64,000 bases of DNA, taken from a virus. Positions within the stretch are counted from its first letter, which is position 1, and the number at the start of each line of letters is the position of its first letter. The notes beneath the pieces are model-generated. The model was not told the origin of the DNA, did not search any database, and saw nothing but the letters and a program-made list of their open reading frames with translations. The position numbers were made by a program, and so were the translations under genes. The DNA lies in IMG/VR virus record IMGVR_UViG_3300039310_000050, positions 1 through 64,000 of that record; one strand, written 5' to 3'. Below, in pieces: positions 47,812 to 58,517 of this stretch.

Positions 47812-50471
47812 ACGAAAAATTTATCCATATCTTCTATTTTTTCTGTACTCCACCCAATTGGGTCTAAAATTTTCTCAATTGGATTTATAAAAGTCTTTTC
47901 ATACATTTTTTCATAATCAACATACTTATGCAATCCAAATTCTGGTGGTAATTTACCATTAAAAGCAATTACTTGATCATCAATTGGATTAGGTTGTTTC
48001 AAATATACATACTTGATTCTTTCAGATGATGTAATTGGAGGATATTTTTTCTGCAACTTTTTATCCTCTAAACATTTATTATAAATTAAAACGGCTTTAA
48101 CTCCAATATCTGTTCCTTTTTTATAAGTGTCTGCTTCATCTTCCCATTTTTTTAAATTATTCACTCCTCGAGGGCGGGCAATATCTTCAACTGGTAATTT
48201 CATAAACTTTTGTCGAAATGTTTCTATGAAATCTGCCATTTCAAATTGTGTTCCTGTCATCATAATTTGGACAGCTTTTCTCATTGCATCTCGGCAATAT
48301 TGTGGGGTACTTGATTTAACAAGATCAAATCCCATAATTTTCAATTTAGAAACTCGTTTAGTATTTTTACTTTTACAATCATTACAAGGTGGTGCTTTTT
48401 CAGAAGGACCAGAAAACTCATTATGGCAAGCATTACATTCAAAATAATTATCACCTTCTGAATTCCATACTTGTAAAGCGTAGTGCTTCTTGGATGCCCA
48501 AATGCCGCGGTCTGCTAATACTTCCCGTTTCATACTTAAGATCGGCTTTTCAAGTTTCATCCCATTGATAAGGTCATTTGTAATTTGAGAAAACAATTGA
48601 TCAATCAATGGTTCTAATTTAGTCTTACAAACTTTATCCAAGAAACTAATCAATGTCTCAATATCTGGTTTCTTTCCTTTAAACACATGCTGAATCAATT
48701 TATCCAAACTTACATAAACTGAATCTGTATCTGAATAAATCACAAAATCTAAATTTTCAGTCTTATATAGGTCATTAAAATACCGATTCAATTCACGCGC
48801 AATATATTGGATGATGAATTGCCCAGTCATTGTGACCGCTTCAGCATTGTCCAAATCATACCAACGAAAATAAGGATTTCCATAAGCACCGTAAAGTGAA
48901 TTGAGCAAAATTTTAGTTGCTTTTTGTTTTACATCTAATTTGGAAACCAAATTCTCTAATTCTATTTTTCTCTTTGGATCGGTACATCTTTCTAATTCTT
49001 TTTTAGCTGCTTTCAGATCCGCTTGATATTTCTTCCGTTTAGTAAAAATAGTTTCAACCATGCGACTATAGAAACTTTGTTTCTCCTTACTATAGAAAAC
49101 TCCATTAGAAGCACTAGTACAATTATTACTTGTCGCTCTACCAAAAGCCTCTTCCCATTTATCATTTTCCGCCAACACATCATCAGAATTTAAATTCATT
49201 TTCAGGTCGGTTAATTTAACTTCAGGACCAATATTCAGTACGCGAATAATATTAGGATACAGTGAAGCTACGTCAAACGATACTACACTTTCATAAACTC
49301 CCGGATTAGGTGGTTTAACATATGCACCTACATATTGATCCTTTTTCTCTTGATATTCTTTTTGTGGGATTACAATCTTCTCTTGATGAAGCCAATTAAA
49401 GATCAATACATCCCATGTTCTTACTTGCGCGAGAACATCCATAAAATTCACTTTAGCCAAATAAGCTACATCAACAGTTAACGCAATCAGATTTACTTTC
49501 TTTTCCAATTGTTCAATCAAATTCACATCTTGGATATTATATTCAGTAAACCATTGAAAATCTTTTTCATAAAATTCTTTCATAGTTTCATATTTTTCTC
49601 GCCAATCAACTTTTCCTTCACCTTTCAATTCTGTTTTGGCAATATAATCCAATTTATAATTTTCTCTTGGATCTTTGATATTTTTAACATAGATCTGATA
49701 ATAATCGATTTGAGATATCCCATAAATCTCATAACATTGCCATTCTCTATGATTGAAATCTACTGAAACCGCTTGGACAATTCCCCATGTTGATAATTTC
49801 TTTGCGGTCTTTTCATCAAACAAATTCATTAAACGATTATACAAATATGGGATATCAAAGAATCTTGAATTCCATCCTGTGATAATATCAGGGTCTAATT
49901 TATTCCAGAATTCAAGGAACCCCAAAAGCATTTCTTTTTCACTTTCAAATTCATAATGCTTAATGTTCTTTGATTTTGGAACAAAATGATTCTTCTTATT
50001 ATATTTCTTTCCATCTACGAATGTGAAAACATGGAAGATATCAACATTGAATTCTTTAACAGTCAGAACATTGATTCGTTCACGCGCTATCTTCGCATCA
50101 TCCTGTGTAAATCCTTGTTCGTTCTCATGCTCTAAATCGAGAGAAACAATACAAAGAGCATTCAATGAATATTCAAGGTCATGTTCTGGATATTCTTCAG
50201 CAATAAAACTATATTGAAATTGTGAATTCCCATAGATGGGATACTGATCATTTTCGGCATGATCTTTGATAAATTCCCGCGCTTCTTTGATTTCATTGAA
50301 ATGTATGGGTTCAACCGGATCTCCGACTAATGTATGCCATTCTGAATTAGATTTTCCTGGGACATATAAGGTCGGGTGATATTTTATCCGGTACCGTTTT
50401 CTTTTCCCGTTATCAAATTCCTTTAATAGTACATTTGAACCATAACAACATACATTGGTGTAAAATTTCAT
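47808..50471 (-). CDS. gp43: family B DNA polymerase gp43
   Basis: GWNSRFFDIPY, SFDVASLYP, KILLNSLYGAYGN, YSDTDS, KKHY, KSSTP. Confidence 0.97.
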   Translation of the reverse strand: MKFYTNVCCYGSNVLLKEFDNGKRKRYRIKYHPTLYVPGKSNSEWHTLVGDPVEPIHFNEIKEAREFIKDHAENDQYPIYGNSQFQYSFIAEEYPEHDLEYSLNALCIVSLDLEHENEQGFTQDDAKIARERINVLTVKEFNVDIFHVFTFVDGKKYNKKNHFVPKSKNIKHYEFESEKEMLLGFLEFWNKLDPDIITGWNSRFFDIPYLYNRLMNLFDEKTAKKLSTWGIVQAVSVDFNHREWQCYEIYGISQIDYYQIYVKNIKDPRENYKLDYIAKTELKGEGKVDWREKYETMKEFYEKDFQWFTEYNIQDVNLIEQLEKKVNLIALTVDVAYLAKVNFMDVLAQVRTWDVLIFNWLHQEKIVIPQKEYQEKKDQYVGAYVKPPNPGVYESVVSFDVASLYPNIIRVLNIGPEVKLTDLKMNLNSDDVLAENDKWEEAFGRATSNNCTSASNGVFYSKEKQSFYSRMVETIFTKRKKYQADLKAAKKELERCTDPKRKIELENLVSKLDVKQKATKILLNSLYGAYGNPYFRWYDLDNAEAVTMTGQFIIQYIARELNRYFNDLYKTENLDFVIYSDTDSVYVSLDKLIQHVFKGKKPDIETLISFLDKVCKTKLEPLIDQLFSQITNDLINGMKLEKPILSMKREVLADRGIWASKKHYALQVWNSEGDNYFECNACHNEFSGPSEKAPPCNDCKSKNTKRVSKLKIMGFDLVKSSTPQYCRDAMRKAVQIMMTGTQFEMADFIETFRQKFMKLPVEDIARPRGVNNLKKWEDEADTYKKGTDIGVKAVLIYNKCLEDKKLQKKYPPITSSERIKYVYLKQPNPIDDQVIAFNGKLPPEFGLHKYVDYEKMYEKTFINPIEKILDPIGWSTEKIEDMDKFFV

Positions 50472-50503
50472 AATGAATTCCTAAAACATTTATATCCTTT
50501 ATG

Positions 50504-51097
50504 TTATTTGTGTTTTCCTTCCGAAACTTTATACATACAATCATAATTGAGTTTATGAATCTTACAAAATTTATATAAATTATTAACAATTCGCATTTTA
50601 AAATCCGGATAAACTATTTTCCAATTTTTGGAATGTAATTCAGAATTTTGTTTTAGAAATCTTTTGGAACGCTTAAGTCCTAATTGATTATTTGGCTTAC
50701 CAATTTTAGATTCCGATAAATGTATCTTATGTTCTTCTGATTTCTTTTTTCCAGAAAGAGATTTTGATATTTTTATATTTGTCTTTTTGGAATTTTTTCC
50801 ATGACCACCTCCACCAACAGTATAATTATAACCGTGTTTATAGGTATCAAAATAAAATATACAAAGTATTTCCAAATTTAAGGCTTCTTTTAAAGTAGGA
50901 ATATTATCAATTAAAATTTGGTGAATCCATTGATTTTCTTTTGTATATTTTCTTATAGCGTAATCTATTTTCAATTTATGGTTTTCATTTTTAGAGTGTT
51001 TAATTTCTTCTTTCCAACGGACCATCATTGGTTTATAAGTATATCCAATATATGCTTTCTTGGAAATTTTACAAGTATGTTTATAAATTAGATACAT
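50504..51097 (-). mobile_element. GIY-YIG homing endonuclease
   Basis: LIYKHT...AYIGYT, GYNYTVGG, KSEEHK; early promoter at 51112-51141. Confidence 0.88.
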
Positions 51098-51154
51098 AGC
51101 TCTATTTACATATTATATCATAATTTGCTATTGTTTGTCAATATAAATATTAAC

Positions 51155-51601
51155 ATGAACGTATCACAAAATGGATTAAACCGAATCGAACATTCTGAAG
51201 GATTTGTCGATCATGCTTATCCCGATGCAGGTGGATTATCTATTGGATATGGCACAAATCTTAATACACCAGAATTACTTGCCAAATATAATGTACCCGG
51301 AGTGACCATCACTCAAGCGGAAGCTGTGGAACTAATGATGGTTAAAATTGCGGCTATTGAGGCCGCATTCGCTGCGAGTATTATTGTTCCACTCACACAG
51401 AACCAATATGATGCTTTAGCCAGTTTTACTTATAATATGGGTATAGCATCTTTTGAAACATCTACTTTATTGAAACTTCTAAATCAGAAAAATTACCAAG
51501 GTGCTGCGGATCAATTATTGCGTTGGGTATATTCTCAAGGTAAAGTGAGTACTGGACTAACTTACCGCAGACAAGAGGAAAGAACTTTGTTTCTTACTTA
51601 A
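51155..51601 (+). CDS. GH24 lysozyme (endolysin)
   Basis: IEHSEG..AYPD..G.SIGYG, LTQNQYDALASFTYNMG, GLTYRRQEE. Confidence 0.92.
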   Translation: MNVSQNGLNRIEHSEGFVDHAYPDAGGLSIGYGTNLNTPELLAKYNVPGVTITQAEAVELMMVKIAAIEAAFAASIIVPLTQNQYDALASFTYNMGIASFETSTLLKLLNQKNYQGAADQLLRWVYSQGKVSTGLTYRRQEERTLFLT

Positions 51602-51733
51602 CCTGTTCTAAAACTTTAGCAACAATTTCCTTATCAATCTCTTCCATAATAGATTCTGGAGAAATTCCAAAGAAATGCATTATACCTTCAGGAACTTCTT
51701 GAAAATTAGAATTAACATATACAAGATGGATCA

Positions 51734-52258
51734 TTAAAATATTCCAGTTGAATTAAATCCACCTGTTCTTTGAGTTTTCTTACCAGGTGGTTGGTAAAGT
51801 TCTTCCAAAACACTATGGATTTTACGTTCTAATTTCGCTTGTGCTATACGTTCTCCATTTTGAATGGTAATAGAATTTTCTGTAGTATTCATTACACAAA
51901 TAAAAAGTTCATTTACATAATCCCAATCAATGATCCCAGTTGAATTACAAAGGATTAATCCCGTTTTAAAAGCAGTCCCACCACGCAGATTTACATCAAC
52001 TCTATATCCTTCAGGTATATCAAGAATTAAACCAGTAGGAATTTTATAACGCCAGTTTGGCCATAAAATCAATTCAGGATTTATAAGTGGTACATATTGA
52101 AATGCAACTTCATTATTATCTCTATAACATTCAATTGAAGATCCATCTAAAAATACCCGCAAATCAAAAGCGGCCGCCCCATCAGTGGCATATGTAGGTA
52201 TTTGAACTTCTTTGGATAATCTATAAAATTTCAAAATATTATTTACATTTTCTAGCAT
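51734..52258 (-). CDS. dut: trimeric dUTPase
   Basis: AAAFDL, IPTGL, GIIDWDY, GERIAQ, RTGGFNSTG. Confidence 0.93.
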   Translation of the reverse strand: MLENVNNILKFYRLSKEVQIPTYATDGAAAFDLRVFLDGSSIECYRDNNEVAFQYVPLINPELILWPNWRYKIPTGLILDIPEGYRVDVNLRGGTAFKTGLILCNSTGIIDWDYVNELFICVMNTTENSITIQNGERIAQAKLERKIHSVLEELYQPPGKKTQRTGGFNSTGIF

Positions 52259-52610
52259 TCACCTTTTTTTCAACTTCCTTTTTATCTTTTTTAACTTTAG
52301 CTTTTTTACGGGAAGCTTCCATTCTAGCATCACAATCTGCAATAGCTTCTTGAACTGCTAATTTAGCAGAATATAGACTAATATATGATCCAAATTCTTC
52401 ATCATTTACTTCTACTTCCCAAATAAAATTTTCATCTCCATCTTCATCATCATAACTAGTGAAGACTATAGCCAATACTTTGTTATTTTCATCAACAAGC
52501 GAATGGCATTGTTTATTAACTCGGATCCACTGAGTAGTTTCTAACATAGGAAATCCTTTTTTATTTCGGATTCCATAATCTAATTCTGTCATTCAATTAT
52601 CCTCAAAATA

Positions 52611-53396
52611 TTATGGTCGGGATGAAAGAAATGATGCTCCTGTTAAAGCAATACTTGTTACTGGATTTAAATTTCGATAAATTACTGCCGCATTTAACCC
52701 ATAACCGATAAGCCGGTCATACCATTTAGGATTAGTCAATCTTCTAAAATTCCCTGTAATCGCATCTACATTATTTGTAATACTTCCAGCATCTTTCATC
52801 AAACTTGGAAAACCTGCATTAAAAGTTTTTGTCATATCACTAATATCACGCCCTGTATAACGGAAATTAGCTAATACATCTGTTGTCATGTTTTGCCAAC
52901 ATAAACCATTTGTAGTACAATCTGTTTGTTGATTAAATCTTTCCCCAACTTGTGCCGGAAGAGCAGCATATACTGTTGTCACTTGATCTATATTTTTATT
53001 TAATTCCGTTTCCTGTTCATTCAAATTTGCATTAAAAGTACCTAATTGCGTATTAACATTTGCTGATAAAATATCTACCGTTTCCGTAAATTTATCCACA
53101 CGGGCGAATACATCGGTTTTAAAACTCTGTTTAGGTCCTAATAAAGCGTCCTGGATATTCCCAACTCTCTTATCCGTTTTATCAAATAATTGCGTAGTCA
53201 ATTCCTGAAAACTATCAGCACGTTTATTTACCAATGCAATTGTATCTGTTCTTAATACATTCATTTGTATTGTAGCATTATTTTGTAAGGAAGTCAACTG
53301 AGAATTGATAATAAATGGGAGAGTAAAAAATGCACCTGCTATGGCACAATACATTAGAATTTTAGAATATATTAAAAGCCTTTTTTCTACTAACAT
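52611..53396 (-). CDS. membrane-anchored coiled-coil protein
   Basis: N-terminal TM helix followed by a long amphipathic region. Confidence 0.6.
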   Translation of the reverse strand: MLVEKRLLIYSKILMYCAIAGAFFTLPFIINSQLTSLQNNATIQMNVLRTDTIALVNKRADSFQELTTQLFDKTDKRVGNIQDALLGPKQSFKTDVFARVDKFTETVDILSANVNTQLGTFNANLNEQETELNKNIDQVTTVYAALPAQVGERFNQQTDCTTNGLCWQNMTTDVLANFRYTGRDISDMTKTFNAGFPSLMKDAGSITNNVDAITGNFRRLTNPKWYDRLIGYGLNAAVIYRNLNPVTSIALTGASFLSSRP

Positions 53397-53713
53397 GAAA
53401 AATTTCCTCCAAATAGGAGAGATAATTCATTATCATTAGTGCAATGAATTGCCGCACCCACCAATCTTCCATTTTTAAAAGCATAGATATCTGGCAAATT
53501 CCTAACAGAGAATTTTTCAACCAATTCTCTTTCAGTATCATAATCAACTGAATAAACTTTAACAATATGTAAATTGGATTCATTCACCGTTTCTAAATAA
53601 TTACGTGTTTGAATTCCTATAGTATCCCAAGTAGCTGTAAAATATACAATAACTGGGCATAAAGCTTCAATAACTTTAGATTGGAAATCTTTAAATGTAA
53701 GATTTTCTATCAT
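53390..53713 (-). CDS. thioredoxin-fold protein lacking CxxC
   Basis: PVIVYFTATW, VDYD..ELVEKFSVRNLP...FKNG. Confidence 0.75.
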   Translation of the reverse strand: MIENLTFKDFQSKVIEALCPVIVYFTATWDTIGIQTRNYLETVNESNLHIVKVYSVDYDTERELVEKFSVRNLPDIYAFKNGRLVGAAIHCTNDNELSLLFGGNFSC

Positions 53714-54177
53714 TATAACCTCGATATTTCATTAACAATATCTGTTAAGAAATGTTGATAATCGGCATGTGGTTTAATACCGTATCTTTGGCAAGTTACA
53801 TCAATATTATCAAATCGAAAATATGATGGAGGACAATATACTATCACTTCTTTATGACTACCTAAACACTGTCCTAATTCTAAAAGTGAAATTGGACTTT
53901 GTTTAGATGGATCAAAATAGAAAACTACAATAGTCGCTAATTTAATTGCCTCTTGTTCCCAAGTAATTTGTTTACGTAATTGAGATCCGCCAAGATTAGG
54001 ATTCCAATTCTTCCGGCGAGGATTAAGAACCACAATATAATCGAAACGATCTAATTCTTTGGCTAATTTATCTTGCCAATCGATAGCAGTCCCATTAGCA
54101 ATAGATCCAGCCAGAAAAATACTAAATCTATTATTAGCTATTCCAAATTCGTGTGGTGCTTCTATTACTGTGGCCAT
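53713..54177 (-). CDS. nucleoside 2-deoxyribosyltransferase-like protein
   Basis: IFLAGSI, WQ, NPRR, QITWE, SPISLLELG. Confidence 0.85.
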   Translation of the reverse strand: MATVIEAPHEFGIANNRFSIFLAGSIANGTAIDWQDKLAKELDRFDYIVVLNPRRKNWNPNLGGSQLRKQITWEQEAIKLATIVVFYFDPSKQSPISLLELGQCLGSHKEVIVYCPPSYFRFDNIDVTCQRYGIKPHADYQHFLTDIVNEISRL

Positions 54178-54188
54178 TTTATTCCTTT

Positions 54189-54264
54189 TGGCAGGGGTGG
54201 GGAGACTCGAACTCCCGTCTTACAGTTTTGGAGACTGCCATCCTTCCCATTAAACGACACCCCT
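54189..54264 (-). tRNA. tRNA-Trp(CCA)
   Basis: GCAGT-CTCCAAA-ACTGT; CCA end. Confidence 0.93.
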
Positions 54265-54563
54265 ATTAGTGGCGTTATACAATTATTTATCGCTTTCTAA
54301 TTCTAATAAAATATCATTAGGGATATTATCTTTAGACAAAATCATAAATGGTGCCACAAAAAGAGTTACTGTTTTTACTTTCCAAGTTTTTGCTCTTCCA
54401 ATTCTATAATCCCATTTATCTTCTATACGAGCCCGAATAGAAATATTACCATTTTCTGTAATGTTGACAACTCTTCCAACTCTTAAATGTGTTCCTTTAT
54501 ATTTACTAGAAGTGGGAGCAGCGATATAATCTCCAATTTTAATTTCACGTTCAAAAATATCTT

Positions 54564-55436
54564 TCATACTTTTATAATTTTTCCTTTTGAGAAAATAGCA
54601 GCTAAATCCGATAAATTACCAGCATTCTTAACCAAAATACTGGCCATAGAAAACATAACCATCATTGTTATTACCTTTAGTGCCTTTTCATATCCGGATT
54701 GTGGATTAACACAATCGGATATAATATGCATATCAATCGGTGCATGAGGTGGTACTCTATAAAATTCATCCATAATTATTATTTGCGGAAATTGTTTCTG
54801 CATTTTTTCAGCAATTATCTGTTCTTCTGGTTGAAACCAAATTTTATATGTTGGATGTTCTATTAATAAATTCTCTAAAATACCAAAATAATCTTCAATT
54901 GAAACCAATTTCAAACCAGGATTAATTCGTAAATCATTAAATTTATTTGTTCCTCTGTGAGAAACCGCTATTGTTTCTTCTGGAATTAAATTATACCTTT
55001 TAAAAAGTATATTTGCATACTGTTGTACACTTGGACTCCATTTTACAAGTCGTGGTACAATTTCCCTTAATAATTCCATTTCAGATACATTATAAACATC
55101 AATACGACCTAATGTTAAAAGATCATTCAACTTTCGCATATATTCACCCATACCAATAGGGTATGGATATACTTGCGGCCAAATATCATGTGGATTATCT
55201 AAGACTTCATCTAATTCTACTAACGGTTGTTCAAAAAACCAATCCCAAACATTTGGTCCTAATAATATAGGAGCATTTGAATCTTTATATAAACCAATTG
55301 TAGATCCTCGGCGCCAATCAACGGCCGCTTTAATTCCACACAATTCAGCATTTCGGAGCATCAATACATAATTCAATATATGAAATGCTAATGGTGATTC
55401 ATCATCGCTATCACATTGGATTAATGCATAACTCAT
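54564..55436 (-). CDS. NodZ-like (GT23-type) glycosyltransferase
   Basis: NVWDWFFEQP and IAVSHRGTNK (cf. H.RGTDK). Confidence 0.55.
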   Translation of the reverse strand: MSYALIQCDSDDESPLAFHILNYVLMLRNAELCGIKAAVDWRRGSTIGLYKDSNAPILLGPNVWDWFFEQPLVELDEVLDNPHDIWPQVYPYPIGMGEYMRKLNDLLTLGRIDVYNVSEMELLREIVPRLVKWSPSVQQYANILFKRYNLIPEETIAVSHRGTNKFNDLRINPGLKLVSIEDYFGILENLLIEHPTYKIWFQPEEQIIAEKMQKQFPQIIIMDEFYRVPPHAPIDMHIISDCVNPQSGYEKALKVITMMVMFSMASILVKNAGNLSDLAAIFSKGKIIKV

Positions 55437-55863
55437 GGTTTAAATTCCGTATCTTTAATAGAACAATTTGAGATTCTTTCTACTGGAAGAAGTCTTTCAA
55501 TAAAATCACAAGCTTCCTCATAAGTATCAGTAGAAACCAATTTCTTTTTAGATTCATAAATAATAAAACGTTTAGTTTTATTCATTTTTAAGATTTTCCA
55601 AATAAGATCTTTGTTCTAAAAGTTCTTTTCTTTCATCTGCCAAAACCACTAATATAGAACAATCTATACCATATTTTTTCAAATTATCAAGTATATCTTT
55701 CCAATTACTACAGCTTATTGATTCTAATTTATCAGAAATATCTTTCAACATATAAGCAATATCATTAAATTTTCTTGTATTATCTTCTATTTTTCTTGCT
55801 ACTTCTTTTTCTTTTTTAAAATATTCTTTTACTTCCATAAAATTTCCCCTCCCTTCAAAAATT

Positions 55864-55940
55864 TGGTAGCCCGAGAGGGATTCGAACCCACAAAAAATAG
55901 CTCCTAAGGCTACCGCGTCTGCCAATTTCGCCACCGGGCC
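55864..55940 (-). tRNA. tRNA-Leu(TAG), short variable loop
   Basis: GTAGC-CTTAGGA-GCTAT; CCA end. Confidence 0.8.
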
Positions 55941-56814
55941 AATTTTACTTTTCTATAATACTTCCAAAACTGGTTTAGAAATTATTTTAACTTCTTTTAC
56001 CAATTTATAAATACCAAAAATCACTTCTCCATCACCACTATTATTGCGTAATTGTTCATTTAGAAATTCAGTATCTTGTAAATCTTTTTCATTTGAAGAT
56101 ACTATATTTTCATCAATATCACTATATATTAACGTATTTTCCGTTTTATTTCCCTTTCTTTGGTGTAGTAACCAAAACTGCTGAAGGATTAGCAGATAAT
56201 TTATAAGTTCTAACCAATTCATAAACTCCAACTAAAATTTCTTGTCCTTCATTAAAATTACTAAGGACATCTTCAACATACTCCTTTTGTTTTACATCAG
56301 ATTCCTTAGTATCCAGATCAAAAGAATCCTTTCCTTCAACAACAACAATCGTTTTTAGTAAATTATGTGACATTTTTTTTCTCTCTTTTCTATAAATATA
56401 AACTTGGTAATTTAACTGCTTCTTCTACTAATCCAACCCAATAATCATCCAAATTATCAATATTAAAATCTTTTTCACCAAAACCATTATCCCTCAAAAA
56501 ATTTCTAATATACATCCCATAACCAAAATGATATTCTGTCCACCATTCTTGTGGGTCATTATCAATCGCTTGACGAATTTTATCTATTGATTCCCGTTTT
56601 AAATGAACTTTTAAAAATTGAACACATTCATTACGTAAATCCGGTCTTAATAAAGCCACTTTATCCGCATGATATTTTTGCCAATTTTCTGGTAAATTCA
56701 AATCGACTTCACCAGTTATTTTCTCCTCGGTTTGTTTCCATATTCTAAACATATATTACCTTTTAAATGATTGGTTCCACATGTGGATGTAATTCTTCAA
56801 AATAACATAATCTA

Positions 56815-56843
56815 AATATATCACAAATAATTCTGGTTGTCAA
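56815..56843 (-). promoter_or_regulatory. sigma70-type early promoter
   Basis: TTGACA-17-TATATT with TG. Confidence 0.7.
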
Positions 56844-56853
56844 GTAAGAAATT

Positions 56854-56928
56854 TGGCTCTGGCCCTTGGATTCGAACCAAGATCCTAAATGTTAACAGCA
56901 TTTCGCTTTACCATTAAGCTAGACCAGA
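56854..56928 (-). tRNA. tRNA-Asn(GTT)
   Basis: AAATG-CTGTTAA-CATTT; CCA end. Confidence 0.93.
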
Positions 56929-57183
56929 AGATCCTTTAGCTACCCGGGAATGTAATTACTTTCAGAATCTAAAACCAATTCATATTTGAGCAAGTAAAAT
57001 TTATAATTTTCAATATAACATTGGTGGTCTTTTTAAATATAAATAATAGCTTGTGTAACATAATCAGGACGTTTGTATAATTTAGCTTTACTTATTTTTT
57101 ATCCACGTATCACGACCACAATAAAATGGCTTAATCCATCCATCATTACGCCGCAAAATATACACATTCATAATATTATCCTT

Positions 57184-57258
57184 TGGAGCGAGGTGCGAGG
57201 ATCGAACTCGCATAAACTAGCTTGGAAGGCTAGCGCACAACCATTATACCAACCTCGC
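57184..57258 (-). tRNA. tRNA-Gly(TCC)
   Basis: CTAGC-CTTCCAA-GCTAG; CCA end. Confidence 0.93.
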
Positions 57259-57563
57259 CACGCTCATCCGAGGCGCCCATTCGCGATTCGCGAATCGCGA
57301 ATCCCGAATCTATAATGGTCTCATGGTCTTGAAGCCACAGGATTCCTCGCTTATCGAATACGCAATTGATATTGTAACTTTTCTGCCAAAATCATAATAT
57401 CTTCGGCATTTTCGGTACAAACAAATCTTAACCCACTATCCTTACGTATTTCTACATTTTTTAGTATTTCATATATTTCTCCTATTGTTAGATAATCTCT
57501 CAATAGAAAAAATAAAAATAATTTAATTCGTTCTTGATCCATACTATTCCTCAATTCAAAATT

Positions 57564-57637
57564 TGGCACCCGGTCAGGGACTCGAACCCCAATTAATGGC
57601 TCCAAAGGCCACTGTCCTACCATTAGACGAACCAGGT
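57564..57637 (-). tRNA. tRNA-Gln(TTG)
   Basis: GTGGC-CTTTGGA-GCCAT; CCA end. Confidence 0.92.
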
Positions 57638-58517
57638 ATTAACCCATAGAACTTGGTGAAGTACCCATAGTATTTACATTAGCATTATAAGGTTCTTCTA
57701 TTTTTGACCGACGAAATTCCTTATTTTTTTCTTCTCGTTCTGTTTTATCTCTATCTTCAGTTATTGGTGTATCTTTCAAAAAATTTTCAAGAGACATATC
57801 ATCCATACGGCCTACTTGGATAACTACACCATCAAGGACAAAATGCCATTCATTTGCTGGAAGATCAAGTAATATTTCTTGCCCTTCATCAAATCGGTAA
57901 GACCAATGTTCATCAGCCCCTTTAACAGGACCTACATAACCATGCATATTTAATAAAATGGTTTGCGTTGCTTGTTTAAAAATTTCTTTATAAGATTTCA
58001 TATTTAATATTTATCAAAATTTCAAAAAACTTTCATGGATTAATATACCTTTTGGTGGTCTTGTTTCACACCTTCCATACCGAGAACTACAATTATATGG
58101 TATATATTTCTCAGTATTAAAAATTGCTTTCTTTCCATTTAAAGGACCACCAATACAAGGAAATTTAGTAGATCCACTTACTCTTTTATAAGAATAACTA
58201 TATTCCCATTTTGATTTGGTTTTTAATTTATAAAATACATCACTAATAAAAACATCTTCCGATCGATTTTCAGTTTCATTATGTATTGTTAACACATCCT
58301 GATCCCATTTTATATCATATTTTTCATAAGAATCATAATCTTTTAAGAAAGCGGGTTGTTTGAATGTTCGTTTTATAACATCAGGGAATTTCGTTTTTCC
58401 TATCCACATACTACTACTCCATGTTTAAATAATACACTCGGTTCTATCGTTCCATCATTATACATTGCAACCTTTTCTTCACTCATAATTTCCACCAATA
58501 ATATACATGAAATAACA

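Noticed and set aside
56938-57172. Stop-codon readthrough gene
   Set aside because: The frame is broken by mixed TAA and TGA stops and has no recognisable family; more likely a decayed small gene.
57310-57350. tRNA-Sec (CTTCAA loop) or IS200/IS605 end
   Set aside because: There is no acceptor stem, T-arm or CCA, and no tnpA/tnpB nearby.
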